From assembly GCF_006345805.1 (NCBI RefSeq), contig NC_043008.1:32364001-32428000 (forward strand): a DNA stretch of 64,000 bases, read 5' to 3'. Source of the DNA: Octopus sinensis. Taxonomy: Eukaryota. This document shows, piece after piece, positions 10,052 through 24,819 of this stretch. The notes beneath the pieces are model-generated. The model did not search any database. It worked only from the letters and a program-made list of their open reading frames with translations, and had not been told where the DNA came from. How positions within the stretch are numbered: position 1 is the stretch's first letter; each line of letters begins with the position of its first letter. The translations under genes and the position numbers were made by a program.

Positions 10052-12958
10052 GTAAATCGATTCTTTACATAAATGACAACTGCTTTATTAAGAATATTTT
10101 CTTTGGGCATTTCCACTGTTAATTCGATATTTCCATTAACAACACGTAGGAAGAGTTGCTATAAATAAGTTAACGGGTCACTGTCTCATTCTCTCTCCCT
10201 CTTTCTCTTTAATTCAGTGGAAACACCCACTTGTGTGTCATGTCCGTAAATAATGATACCAAGTCTACAAAGAACAGAAGACATACAAACGAATTTTTAT
10301 TTATATATAATTTCAGAAGTTACTTGTATAATTATTATGTGTTTCAAGCATTTTTCCGGTAAAAAACACCGATTTCTTTTGAATTTCGATTGTATGGGTG
10401 TGTGTTCTAATGTCGGGTACATTTATGTAGACACATGTATGTGTGAAGCAGATATATATATACATACATACATACATATATATATATATGTGTATGTATA
10501 TAACGGCGAGCATTGGAGAGTCATGTTTTTTTTTCCTTTCAAGGAACTCAATTATTTTTTCTCATAAAAATCCATTTTATACAAGTTTGGTGTACAGTAT
10601 AAAATGAAGCTGAATTGATCAAACTATAAAAGTGAAAACAAACAAACAAATCTTTATTATTGAAATGAAATCCATCTCAGTATATGTGGGAGGTGGCGTC
10701 CTGTAAAACAGAGCCAGTTTAGGTTCTCAAATGTATGTTGATATACAATACATCTCTCTCTCTCTATACATATATATTTAAAAATCATGTATGTATTTGA
10801 AAAAACACTTTAAACACGTCTTTGGAAATATGCTATTTTATTTATTTTTTTCTTTTGGCATACTTCGAAAATGTAAGTCGTTGAGAATGGTGGGCGTGAA
10901 ATATATAACGACACATTTCTGTGTGTGTGTGTGTGTGTGCATGATATATATATTGTACATTTGTAAATGCCAATTTTGTATACACACACACACCACCTCT
11001 GCAAACGTAAGCATATTTTCTGTTTATGTTTACATGTTATATATGCATTGTTATGTTTATTGTGTGTATATACATACACACATGGATACAAGTTGCATAG
11101 TGTATTTTCGGATGCATGTTATAAGTGCATGCATTTGTGTACACTGTATTTATGTATATATGCTACGTGTATATACGTATACATTATGGTTGTACGTATA
11201 AATATGCTTTGCTATACAAGAAAGAAAACAACGAGGTTGAGAAATACTGTTATGTCTTGCAATTTCCTTCCTCAATCTCTTAAAATTATATATCTGCTTC
11301 ACAAAAGATCTAAGTAACAAGGGGTGGGACACTAAAAAAGTTTCTCCTGTTACCTTTAGATGTTAGGTGCATTTCTTTCTAGCATCCGAAATCAGCCATC
11401 AACAGGAAGCTCGATGGAGCCAAGGACTGCATTGTTTCACTGTCAGCTTTGGCACGTTCTATGGCTGGATGCTCTTCTTAACGTCAACCCCTATTACAGA
11501 GTGAACTAGGTACTACTTTTTGTGCCGAATCTCTCAGCCAAATTTCCCTCAAAGCACACTATCATCTTTAAAAAAAAAAGACATTGGATAATGTATTTCC
11601 AGGTTATACAATTTCTGTATATAAAAGAAACGAAATAGTCACAGTATCAGTGTCTTTAGATAATAGGTCTGCCTGATCTTCAACTGGAAATCATTTAAAA
11701 TATCGATTTCAAATTTTGGAGCAAGGCCAGCAATTTCAGGGCAGGGGGTAAGTTGAGTACATCAACCCCCAGTACAACTGGTACTTATTTTAGTGATCCT
11801 GAAAGGGTGAAAGCAAAGTCGACCTCGGCAGAATTTGAACTTGAAATGTGAAGATGGATGAAATGCTGCTAAGCATTTTACCTGGCAGGCTTCCCTCATT
11901 TAAAATATTGAATCTTTGGACCTACATAGACAATACTAAAGGCATCAATCATTCACTTTTGAAAGTGGTGTTTCAGTATGACCTTAACCATTGTGGCAAA
12001 ACAATCACTATGGGTATTCTGCATGTATTTGTGTAGACATATACATTACATGTGTCCATATACCATCCACAACTTCTGCTTTACTGGTCATTCTACCAAC
12101 CCTTATCACTACTCCCTACATCTACTCTTCAGTCCTACCCAATCTTTACTGTTGTTGACCATCTACTCCCATGTCTTGCAAACCCTTACTTACCTATACT
12201 TTTTGTTCCTCTCTCTTCACCAACTTCTACTTGCCTTGAGAGGCCATCTGGAAGCCTTGTCACAATTATTTATCTCTTTATAGCTCCTACGTCTCTTTTG
12301 GTTGTGAGTAGCCATGTTCCTCCTCTACCACAAGAACTCGCTCTGTCCCTCCCCATACCTTAACCCCTCATTCCCAAGCATAAAGGTGACAGCCCCTCTG
12401 ATCCAGAGTTTGTAGTCATACAAGTTGGATGGCAACCTCATTAGTGCTGGTGGCATGTAAAAAGCACCCAGTACAAGCTGTAAACTGGTTGGCATTAGGA
12501 AGGGCATCCAACCATAGAAATAATGCCAAAGCAGACACTGGAGCATGAATGCATTCCTTGGACCCATTGGATCCTGTCAAACTGTTCAAACCATGCCATC
12601 ACAGAACATGGATCCTAAACGATGACTGATTATGACATGTTCATGATTTATATGTGTAATGCATAATCTATGTACATATATATATGCTGCATGTTAAATA
12701 TAGCATTACATTAAAGGCTAAGGTTTAATTAAACTAAATGAACCATACCTGTATAAACACTAATTACTTTTTATGGAAGTTACATTGACAGGAATTGAAA
12801 CATATGTCTAATGCTTACTAGGAACTATACTATCAGTTATATATATGACAAGGTGTAAATAATGGTCATTACATATTTTTCCTTTATTAGTGTAAATTTG
12901 GCTTACAACTGTTTCCAATTCAGCTGAGAAAAATTGAACAAGCTAAAAAAATACACTA

Positions 12959-13250
12959 TCATCGTCATCATCATCGTTTAACGTCCGCTTTCCATGCTAG
13001 TGTGGGTTGGACAATTTGACTCGGGTCTGGCTAACCAGATGGCTGCACCAGACTCCAATTTGATCTGGCAGAGTTTCTACAGCTGGAGGCCCTTCCTAAC
13101 GCCAACCTTTCTGAGAGTGTAGTGGGTGTTTTTACGTGCCACCGGCACGAGGGCCAGTCAGGCAGTACTGGCAACGGCCATGCTCAAATGGTTCAACCTC
13201 GCTTGAATGTTTTTTCACGTGCCAGTAAGGTGATGCAAGTAACAATCAGG
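12959..13250 (-). repeat. RTE/SINE 3'-tail fragment (further copies near 12430, 13320, 14360-14765, 16280, 36730, 39345, 62350)
   Basis: CATCATCATCGTTTAACGTCCGCTTTCCATGCT ... CCCTTCCTAACGCCAACC is shared with the RTE 3' end. Confidence 0.8.
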
Positions 13251-15682
13251 CGATGCAGGTATATATATATATATATTCATACATGAAAAAAAACATCCTG
13301 TATACATTGTGTTAAGAAGAGCATCCAGCCATAGAAAGCATGTCAAAACAGACACTGGACCACAATGCCATTCTTGGGCCCATTGGATCCTCTCAAACAG
13401 ACCAACTCATGCCAGAATGGAACATGGATGTTAAATGATGATGATAATGATATATATGTGTATATTTGTTCATTTTACATCTTTTTCCATGTTGGCATGG
13501 ATTAGACAAAAACAAATTGAAGCATTGTTTTACAACTGAATGCCTCTTCCTGTTGTTGAACCTTATTTTCCTAGTTAGAGGTTTTTCCCCCCTGCTTCAA
13601 AAGTGAAGTTACAGGACAATTGCAAAAGGGAATGTCAAATTTCACCATTTTGTAAAACTCATTGCTTTGAGGGAAAGACAGGATGTAATAATTCACTGAC
13701 ATGTGTGCATATACACGCCCACCCACAAACATATATGAGCACATACACATGCATACATAAGTACATTTATATATATATATACATACATACAGAGAGAGAG
13801 AGAGCATCCTGTCATATAAAATGACATGATGTATAGCTTTTATTTACCAGTTCTACTCAAGGCAATAGTCATCCCACAGCTAAAGTAGAAGATCCCATGT
13901 AGTGAGATGTAATATAGACCTCAAAACCACATGTATACTTAGTGAGCTCTGTATCCACATGCGTGTATGTACAGCTGTATATGAACTTATTTTAGTTGTC
14001 ACATTATTTAGTCATAAACCTTACATTGTTTTACTTGCCTCTGTAAATCCCAAACAAAGTAGATGATCTGTAAATTAAACACAGAAATACAAAATATTCT
14101 CTTATTTTTCTAATACTTCTGAGAAGTGATTGTAGAAGTGGTATTCCACTGCCCATCTCTTTGTTACAAGTCCTTGTTGGTTGCAAAAAGAAATCCTTAT
14201 TTGAGTTATAATAAATGTCATAGAGTCAGAAGTATAATTTGATTTAGTTGAAGCCATAAACCCTATTTGAAGACACACCACACATTTCACAAATGTCTTC
14301 AACAAAATGTGAATCTTATTAAATCAATCTCTCATAACTTTTTGATCTTTTCCTGTTGTGCTTGAGAAGACCCATCAAGCTAAGTGAAATCATAGTCATG
14401 GCTGATGCTGGTGGTACATAAAAAGCACCTTTCGAGCAATGGGCTCATGGAGGTAATGTGGCTCGTTCTGGTGGCATGTGAAAAGGTCTGTTTGAGTGTT
14501 GAGCCTCATGGAAACAAGGACCGAGACCATTGGCATTATATTATGCTTGAGAAGACCCAGCAAGCCAAGTAAAATTGCAGTTGTGACAGATACTGCTGCC
14601 AGTGGGACGTAAAAGCACCCATTACACTCTTGGAGTGGTTGGCATTAGGAAGGGCATCCAGCTGTAGAAACTATGCCAAATCAGATTGGAGTCTGTTGCA
14701 GCCTGCCAGCCCTGGTCAAACCGTCCAACTCATGCCAGCATGGACAACTGATGTTGAATGATGAATTCAACTGTGACTCTCATCTTTTTCAAACATGATG
14801 TATTTAAACTACATTATCCAATGTCTTATTCTTTTAAGATGATATGGTGGGATTTTGTGGGGAGATTTGGCTACTAATACTAGCAAGTCAGGTGATCATG
14901 TAATGGCCATTTCTTGAGTTTTACCTAATTATGAAACCATTATTTATGAGATTTGAGTGTCACTGCTTTAAGTTCAAATCCAGTTACAATCACTGAATCA
15001 GTGTTACTCTTCACCCTTTCATCATCATCATCACCATGCTTGCATGAGTCCCGTGGAATTTGTTGTGGTAGATTTTCTGTTGGCAGACAGTCAGACGTCT
15101 TTCCATGGAAAACTGGAAATGAACAACACTGCTTGTATGATGGTGACGCTCATTTACAGCCATCATGTGATGTCAGGACAAGGATATATACACACACACT
15201 CACACATGGTGGGCTTCCTTTGGTTTCTGTCTATGAAATCCCCTCCTAAGGCTTTGATTGGCCCAGAGCTATAGTAGAAAACACTCATCCAAGGTGCTGC
15301 ACAGTGAGACTTGACTGAACCCAAGGCTACATGGTCAGAAAACAATCTTTCTTAACCACACGGCCTGTAAATAATAACAGTAGTATATTGGGGTTTATTC
15401 ATTAGCTGTTACTACTGATGAGGCAAAGTATTTCTTCTTCAGAGCCAGAAATCTGGGATCTGGAATTATCCAGTAATTTTTTTTGCTAGTTTATTTTGTC
15501 TTTTTGTCTTCTCTCCTGGTGCTGTATGAACATTTAATGTGGTTTTAGTCAAGTTTTGGCAGCTATTTCCAGCGTGGTGGTATCTCTTAGATATCCTAAT
15601 AATTATTATTACCTCTGAAGGTTTTTATTTCCATGCTGGCCACCTGATAAGATGGGTATTTAGATATCGATCTTATCCTTAT

Positions 15683-15722
<40 letters not shown>

Positions 15723-15791
15723 TTAAGTTTGTATACATAGATGCATACAAATACACACATACATTTATATATATATATATATGTATGTATG

Positions 15792-15835
<44 letters not shown>

Positions 15836-18800
15836 GTGTGTCTTTGTGTTTATCCCACACTACTACTTGACAACTGGTGTTGGTGCATTTGTCTCTGTAA
15901 CTTTGCAGTTTAACAGAAATGACCAAAAGCATAAGTATCATGTTTAAAAGAAAGAAATGAGTACTTGGATTGATTCATTTGACTAAAATTCTGCAAGGTG
16001 GTGCTCCAGCATGGCCACAGTCTAATGAAAAACAAGTAAAAGATAAAAATATAGAGTAGCTGGAATGAGTGTTTTACAATAAATATGGTCACAAAATGTT
16101 TCTGATCAAGATGATCCAATGTTAAAACATCACTATGAGCCAATGAAATAGTTTATACATTCACTTGAGTACTTTCTATAATTAACAGCTAGATCTCCCT
16201 CAGATCAAAACTCCTCCAACTTAGAAAACAAGGATAGCCCTGTGCTGGTATCTTGTAAAAAAACATTCATACCAGTACCATGTTACAGAACTTGTTCCAC
16301 TTTCATGTTAAAAGCACCCAGCACTCTCTAAGTGGTTGGCCTTAGGAAGGGCATCCAGCTGTAGACACAAACCAAATCAGTGTTAAACCTTGCTAGCTCT
16401 GGTCAAACCATCCAACCCATGCCAGCTTGGAAAACAGATGTTAAAGGATGATGACATTGGATAACATGCTTCTAGCTTGTGGCTGTAAATCATAATCTAA
16501 CATTCAATTTCCATGCTGGCCTAGGTTGGACAGTTTGATAGGATCCTGTGAGCAGTTGAGCCAAATGAATAAATTGAAAACATGATAATCATTGCAGTGC
16601 ACCGGCTTGATTGCAGCTGACTTGGGGCTAAACATCCACAGTAACAGCATACCACTGATTATTGGGTTGTGAACTCTAAAGAAAACCCTGAAAAGCAAAA
16701 GCAATCGTGATGTTTTATAGCAATATAATATATTGTTTGTAGGCATGATGGGGTATATGGTGAAACAAAAACTGAAGAAACTTGGAGGATAAACAATTAA
16801 GTTTGCTATATTCAGTAGCATAGAAGTTACACATCTTGTACATGTTTAAGGGCAACTTGGCTGCTATTTCTAGCAAGTTCACCACATACATCTTACACAT
16901 CATGTTCCTGTATATATTTGGTGTACTTATGAACCCTTGTAGTCATAAGCACAAATAAATAAATAAAACCCACTTGTTGCAGTAAATTTGATTGATTCAC
17001 TCAGTAATGCAACTTACTAATTAATCAATTTACTAATAGTAGTACCACTACCTCTACTAGTAACTATTACCAACGCTGCCATTACTTCCACTAGTACTAA
17101 CAGCTACCACTACTACTATTATTATGAAGAGGTCTCTGTTTGGTTGTTTGACTAACTAGAAATAGCAGTCAAATTTCCCTCAAATCACCTTAAGTGAAGA
17201 AATATTACATTGAACAGTGTAGTCCATTCATACTTCTAAAAGATGATTGTAGCTGGAATTCCTTTGATCACGTGTGCAGTCATGGTTGACCTGGGGCCAG
17301 ACGATCTAATAACTATTACTAACACAAAGGAATCACTTAGTATGTGGTCAACTTGCTAGAAATAGCAGCCAAGTTGCCCTTAAACCATATACTACTTTCT
17401 GAAATAAAACAAGGACATTGAATAATGCAGTCCTATACATACTCCTAAACAACAGAACCCAGCATCACCATCCAGATAATTATATTTATTTCAGTACACA
17501 ATGATAAAGTAAAATTTTATATCAGAAGGCTGAGGGGCAAAATACACATTGGCAGGATTTGAACAATGGATACTAATATCAACAGATGTAAATACAATTT
17601 CTATAGATTTTCTGCACTTTTTTCTTCTCCTCTAAGCCATCTCAAACTTTTACTTCTCACTCACTCTCTCTTTATCATATGCGTACACACATTCTCTCTC
17701 TCTCTTACACACACACACTTCTCATTTACAAATACACCCAGCTACTCACACTACCTCATATATAGTCACTCCCTTTCATACTCAGCCACATATAATGTGT
17801 CCTCTCTTAGTGCCATATATTAAGAAATAACTATAATCCCTGTGTGAATAAACATTTAAATTTATAACTACTATTACTGTTATTACGACTTCTAACTGCT
17901 CAAGTTTCTTCCCCCACCCACCTTCATACTGTATTCCGGTTGTAACATATATCATCACATGACATTCTTTAAATTTGGTTCAGATGACTGTACATGAGTT
18001 AAGAGAGCAAGAAATGATTTCATATGCTTGATACTCTGGTCTCAAAGTCTTTGAATGGCATGCAGACCTTTATGTGTGTTGAACTTCATGACAGTGTTTG
18101 AAGAAGTTCATTTTGAAACCATCTGGTTCTGGATTATACATGTGTATTTAATAAAGGAGTACTTATAAATCGGCATGGCAAACAAATGTATCTGACCTTT
18201 ACTTCTATCCAAGTCATGTCCCTTTATTCCCAGACTGGTTTAGTTTTTTTTTTATTCAAAAAAATCAATAAAATATGTAATATAAAACAGTAGTCTTCTG
18301 TGAGAGGTCAGTAGTCATTAAAGAAATAGAGCAATTTATATGGAGTAACTTTACATTAAGGGGTGGAATGTACAGTTTCCTGTAATTCAGACCGACTCAT
18401 GGTCCCAGCAGACAAAATGGATTAGGTGTTGTCCTAGAGGATGGCAAGGGAGATGTGCTGGAACAGCCACTTTGATTCATGGGGCTTACATTTGCTGATA
18501 ACCATCTTTGTCCCAGTAGCTATGAGCAAGGATATCTGGTCTGGGGGCTGAGAATGCTGGAGGTTTCCACTGCTGTAGGCTCGACCATAAACCTATCAGA
18601 GTAACTGATACCTTGACTGTTTGCTTTTCTCAACCTAACAAGAAGTGGAACCTGGGATGGTAGTTGAAACCACAAAGTTGACACTGGAGATGTCACAAGA
18701 TGTGGCATCCCAGATGAGGGTCCTACTACTATGGATGGGAAAACTGTCATACCAATAACATGATATAATGGATTAATTTAGGTGACTAAAATAATTCTTT

Positions 18801-19518
18801 GAAAGTGGTGTTCCAGCATGTTAGCACACCAAAGACTGAAACCAGTTAACGAATAAAAGAATTGAAGACCTTTATTTGCAGTCATATTTTATCAGTCAGA
18901 AAGCCACTCATTTGTGGGACGAGAGAATTAATTTTCTGTAATATTGAGTTATTTGATACTAGGAAGTTGTAGTGTTGCTTTACATAACTTAATCGCCTGA
19001 AGTTTTGTGCATAGGACACATTGATTTTACATGTATGGTTCAGTGTATGTTACTCAGTGTGCACCCAAAGTGCCATACAATGGGACTGAACCTGGAACCA
19101 TGCGGTTGGGAAACCGAACTTCTTACCACACAGACACCTGCAAAACTCAATTAAATTCCAATATACTCCAATATACTCCAATTTTCATATTTCATTTTTG
19201 TATTTTTACAAGTTTACTGTATTATGTATTAAAGTATTACAAGTACTCTCATGTTTTATAGAAGTAACAAAATAGAAGATACAACTTTTCAATAAAGGCA
19301 GTATATTTTCTTGTTATTAACAATCTTCAACTAAATGTTTGTTGTAGAATTAGCAAACAGCTAATGAGCTATACTTAAACAACTGTAGTAAAAATGACTG
19401 AATTTTTCTTTTAAATTGTAATGCTCTGATGAACACTATACATAGTTGACCTTAATTGTTACTTATCCATAGAAGCATTTCAACAAATCAAACCCACCCC
19501 GAACAACATATATATATA

Positions 19519-19932
19519 TTCTTTTACTCTTTTACTTGTTTCCAGTCATTTGACTGTAGCCATGTTGGAGCACTGCCTTTAGTCGAGCAAATCGACCCCA
19601 GGACTTATTCTTTGTAAGCCTAGTACTTATTCTATCGGTCTCTTTTGCCGAACCGCTAAGTTATGGGGACGTAACCACACCTGTACCGGTTGTGAAGTGA
19701 TGTTGGGGGTACAAACACAGACATACAAATATATACACACACACACACATATATATATATACATATATACGACGGGCTTCTTTCAGTTTCTGTCTACCAA
19801 ATCCACTCACAAGGCTTTGGTCGGCCCAAAGCTATAGTAAGGGACACTTGGCCAAGGTGCCATGCAGTGGAACTGAACCTGGAAGCATGTGGTTAGTAAG
19901 CAAGCTACTTACCACACAACCGCGCCTACGCC
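19519..19932 (-). mobile_element. tRNA-derived SINE family B, composite with internal (TA)/(CA) repeat
   Basis: Consensus head on the minus strand GTGTGGTAAG...GGTTCAGTCCCACTG...GTGGATTTGGTAGACAGAAACTGAAAGAAGCCCGTCG, and tail ...CAAATGACTGGAAACAAGTAAAAGA. Further copies at ~1765, 15210, 21763, 23838, 28914, 30245, 35730, 36935, 39560, 62087. Confidence 0.85.
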
Positions 19933-21762
19933 TATATATATATATATATATAATTTTGTTTACAGCTTGCTTACCTTCCATATTGCAGCCAGGTCTTCTG
20001 GACCCTTATCAAAAAGGATCTCTATTTGCCTTGTAGGGTCCTGTACCTGCTGTTCCTTATATAAAATGCCTGCATGTTAACTCACTAACTGATGAAATCA
20101 ACAAACATGTTTCTATCTTAATGGACCTTCTCAGTGAAGCATATTCTACTCAGTTGCCATGATTTAGAAATTGATAATCTTTTCTTAATCTCTCTTATGT
20201 AGGAGTTATTCATACATTGTGTATTCATACAAAATATGCATAGTTTTTAGGAGATAGAGCTTGAAAGCATAAATGAGGTAGCCTTTATGTGGTTGATGGA
20301 CCAGCTAGAAATAGCAGCCAAATATTTCAAATCCTATGTCTTTTAGTTTTGGGCAAATAGCAAAATGCTTTTAGAAGAGTTATTTTTTTAAATAAAATTT
20401 TGCAGAGAGGTTTTTTTCAAAGTCATTGTATGCCACCTAAAAACCTCTGACTTCTCACAAGGTTGTCATCACTGTTCTAGACCAGACTTTGCACTGAACA
20501 CTTACCTACCCCAAAATTACATCCTCCCTGTCCCGAATTACTTATTTCCCCCCTTCTTACCGATTTTGACCCATTAAACTTATAACTGAATTATTGTTTA
20601 TCCCCCCACCACCATATTCGTCACGTTCTATTTGAGCCAGACCTACATTCTAATGTATTTCATCTTTTTCTAAAACGTTGGTGAGGTATAATTTTTAGGG
20701 AGATTTGACTGCTATTTCTAACAGGTCGCGCAAACACATTGAGCACCCTTCAGTTTTGAAACCAAAGAGGCTGCTTCAACTTTCGAGAAATATCAAGCTA
20801 AATCTTTACCTGATTTAAAGAGAAGGAAGGACATTTGGATAATGCTGTGTTAAATATTGCAATATCTCTACAGGAGGGTAGTGGACATGGCTGGAACACT
20901 TTCGAACATAGGTCAGCTGGGTGACAGCTAAACAGCAACATTTCACCAATCAGTGAAAATTCGCGAAACTCCCTCCATCTCACTAATTAAGCAATAATGT
21001 AAGTCTTTGGTAGCAGAAGGTCTTGATCTGTAGCATAGCTGGAGGTAGGGGCAGTTCACATAGAGCGAAGCTTTTATGAGGGCGTCCGACACTTTCGAGT
21101 CTGTTATATGAATCTGTATAAGTTTGAGAACCTGGGTGGGGAGCTAATAATCTCGAGGGCCTCCTCAGGCCGTGCACACCCTGGGTACGCCGCTAGTTTC
21201 AGTGAAGAAATTTCGATTTCTTGTTTATACTTCGAGGTAGTTGCCGACTCAACTCGCCTCTCCCTCCTTTTTGTAGAGATAAATCAAACGAAAATCCGTA
21301 GCTTTTTATGCTACAACCCGAAAAGAAATTATTCCAAATGGAATTCGAACCTTACTGCACGACCCCACAAGGGTGTCATTAGAGTCACTCGGCCTTTTCG
21401 AAATAGTAGCTGAAAGGAAGGATGAGTTAAAAATAAAACAGACAGGATGGTGACAGCTGGAACTCCTCCGACTCCATAGTTTGGCTAGATCAGAGTTGAC
21501 CTGGGGTTAAACAACTTCCCACCAGTATAACGACATTTTAGGCAAGTTCAGTAAATTCTAGTTGAGTAGCGTTATGACCAAAGGCTTTCCAACCTTGACA
21601 GTTCCATCTTTTTGTTTTCAGTCTTCAAGGTGTGATTTTATGGAAATTTCCTGCTATTACTAGCAGATTGAGGGACCACTTTGATTACACTTGTTTACTC
21701 AATCTTGTGCGAGTTATTTCGCATGTGTTTACACTTCGTATTTGTAGGGTAAATCTCTCTCA

Positions 21763-21973
21763 TTTATTCTTTTACTTGTTTCAGTCATTTGACTGCGGCC
21801 ATGCTGGAGCACTGCCTTTAGTCGAGCATATCGACCCCAGAGCTTATTCTTTGTAAGCCTAGTACTTATTCTGTCGGTCTCTTTTGCCGAACTGCTAAGT
21901 TATGGGGACATAAACACACCAGCATCGGTTGTCAAGCGATGTTGGGGGACAAACACAGACACACAAACACACT

Positions 21974-22005
<32 letters not shown>

Positions 22006-22137
22006 CGACGGGCTTCTTCCAAATCCACTCACAAGACTATAGTAAAAGATATTTGCCCAAGTTGCCACGCAGTGGGACTGAACCCATGACCATGTGGTTG
22101 GTAAGCAAGCTACTTAGCACACGCCCACTCCTACGCT
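21763..22137 (-). mobile_element. SINE family B copy; donor of the templated insertion at 23944
   Basis: Same structure as 19519-19932, with private internal deletions. Confidence 0.85.
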
Positions 22138-22414
22138 CTACTGTTCTCTTTTTATGTTCTCATTTTTGTGAGTGTGTTTAGTCGACTTGTTTCTAATAAT
22201 GTGTTCTCATTTCTAAAATGTGTACGTGTGTATTATTTTTACTGTGTGCGTGAGTGAATGTACGGATGCCAGTGACTGTTTTTTAACACTTGACACGGGG
22301 GGCGTAGCCTGAAAACTGTTCCGTTGATTTTCATCACCTTTACTGACAGATGGTGGTAGCATATATGATGTAGTAAGCTAAATTTTAATCAGTTTAATTA
22401 ATTACGCGCACGCA

Positions 22415-22617
22415 CGAGGGGCTGCTGAAAAGTTCCTGGCAAAAGGCCCGGTTGGAGGCCCAACCTTCCCAGTTCATTTACAGGGCTTAGAAAAGCTGAA
22501 AGACTGCTGCAATAAGTGTGTGAATCTGAGAGGGGAATATGTTGAATAAAATCATAATTAACTGATCCTCCTGTGTTTTCTTTTACCCAAAGCCAGGAAC
22601 TTTTCACCACCCCTTCG
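22415..22617 (+). mobile_element. Mariner-derived MITE
   Basis: TIRs CGAGGGGCTGCTGAAAAGTTCCTGGC / GCCAGGAACTTTTCACCACCCCTTCG+TA. Internal remnant encodes the mariner C-terminus GLEKLKDCCNKCVNLRGEYVE*. Confidence 0.85.
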
Positions 22618-22919
22618 TACGAATGTACATATATGCATCTCTCTCTCTCTCTCACACACACACACAGACACACGTCTGGCTTTCCTACAGAGTTGGAAAT
22701 TATCTCGGTGCCAAAAATCCATAAGTGCTTATGATGAGATTATTCTAATTATCGTGGATAACGATTTTGCAAAAACAAAAAAGGAAAATACATGAGGGGT
22801 GGATGGATAATATTTTTTTTTGCCCCTTCCTTCTTTCCGTAATATTTCAGTTTGACTCTGTTTTTGAAGAAACTGGAACTTGTTGATTTTGTCTTAATTA
22901 GCCAATCATATGGCTAGAG

Positions 22920-23227
22920 CAGTGGTTCCCAAGTTTTTTCGGGCTGCTGCCCCTTTGACACCCAGGCCACATTCCTAGCGTCCCCACCCCAACTAACCAT
23001 CTCAAGCATAGACGTCTTTCTGAGGCAAATTCAAAGCAGTTATGTTTCACGAAAACTTAGCATAATGAACCCATTATTTTGTTGTTTTTTTTACATAAAT
23101 CGCTACTCTATTATCGCCCCAATTTTTACATGAATCGCTATCCCATTATCGCCCCATTTCAACACCACCTTGGAAATTTCCACCTCCACTCCCAGGGATG
23201 CGATACCGCCCACTTCGGGAATCACTG
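22920..23227. mobile_element. hAT-type non-autonomous element
   Basis: Termini CAGTGGTTCCCAA / TCGGGAATCACTG with degenerate 8-bp flanks GGCTAGAG / GCCTAAAT. Confidence 0.65.
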
Positions 23228-23837
23228 GCCTAAATTGTTGACATTTTGTCTGCGCAGATTTCTATTGCAGTGGAAATCATCATATACGAAACCTTTACTT
23301 GATCTTTCTCATCCCGCTAGAAATAACGGTTAATTCTTCTTCAAACTACTCAACGTCTAAAATTTAAAAAAAACCCCAAAAAAACGACGAAACATTGTGC
23401 CGCAGCTCCGTGTATCTCCTCGCCTAAGGCAGAGCCAATTGCTCTCCACTAGTTGAGTTGTTAATAACATTTGAATTAAAGTCAGTCTCCACAAACTTAA
23501 TCTTTTATCGAACTCATTCATGACCTTCGAAACAGAATACAACAGATCGATATTAAATGGACTTTCTTTTATCATGTGATATATTTGTAAACAAAGTTTG
23601 GTGGTGGAGAAAAAGAAAATTAGTTAAAAGAAACAGGTGGTAACTAGTTCTTTTCAGAAGTATTCAGTAGTACATTTTAATCGTCTGTGACTGATTCTTC
23701 AAAAATGTACGTAACTTCTTTCAAACCGAATCTAAGAAAGAAAAAAAAAAAAAAAGGGTGGTGAGTGAACACTGAAAAATTAGAAAATGGGAAGGACAAA
23801 AATTCTTCACCCTACAGAAGAAAGAAAACACAGAAAA

Positions 23838-24388
23838 GCAAGCGTGACTGTGATAAGAAGCTTGCTTCCCAACCACATGGTTCTAGGTTCAGTCCCACCA
23901 CGTGGCACTTTGGGCAAGTGTCTTCTATAGCCTCGGGCAGACCATACGACGGGCTTCTTCCAAATCCACTCACAAGACTATAGTAAAAGATATATGCCCA
24001 AGTTGCCACGCAGTGGGACTGAACCCATGACCATGTGGTTGGTAAGCAAGCTACTTAGCACACGCCCACTCCTACGCTGTACTGTTCTCTTTTTATGTTC
24101 TCATTTTTGTGAGTGTGTTTAGTCGACTTGTTTCGACTAAGTGGATTTGGTAGACAGAAAACTGAAAGAAGCCTGTTGTATGTGTGTGTCTTTGTTCCTC
24201 TACCACCGCTTGACAACTGGTGTTGTGTTGATATCCCCGTAACTTAGCGGTTCGGCAAAAGAAATCGAAAGACTAAAGTACTAGTTTAAAAGAAAAAAAT
24301 GGAGTCGATTCATTCGACTGAAATTCTTCAAGGCTGGTGCCCCAGCATGACAACATTCTAAAGACCGGAACGGGTAAAGGATAAAAGA
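23838..24388 (+). mobile_element. SINE family B copy interrupted by a 191-bp templated insertion
   Basis: The SINE breaks after CCTCGGGCAGACC (23943) and resumes at GTGGATTTGG (24141). Confidence 0.8.
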
Positions 24389-24819
24389 TAATCTACGTTA
24401 CTTCTTAGAAATTATCGTTTTGGGACGCACTAGAGAATTTCTGGCAGTTTCGAATCAGGAAAATCCACATAAGTCGGATTTCATCCTATCTGACTGGGAT
24501 TTTCCCCACTTGCTTTTTCGCCACGACCTTGGAAATAATGGTGGAAAGCTTTTTTTATGAAAATATTGTTTTTGAAAATTTATGATGTTTTTTTTTTGCA
24601 CCCCCACCACTTCGAGGCCGATTTTGGTCAGTTTTTTTTCTTCTTTTTCATTCTATCAGCAAATTTCCGACGCTATTCTGCAGGAACACCTATATACATA
24701 TTAGCACATGAAACAATGAGTTCCTTATCGATTTCGACCATACTTGTTCGAACGACTGAACTGCCTACTTTTTGAATGACTGCTTATCCAGGGCTCCTCA
24801 TTTCCAGAGTTTGGCGGAA

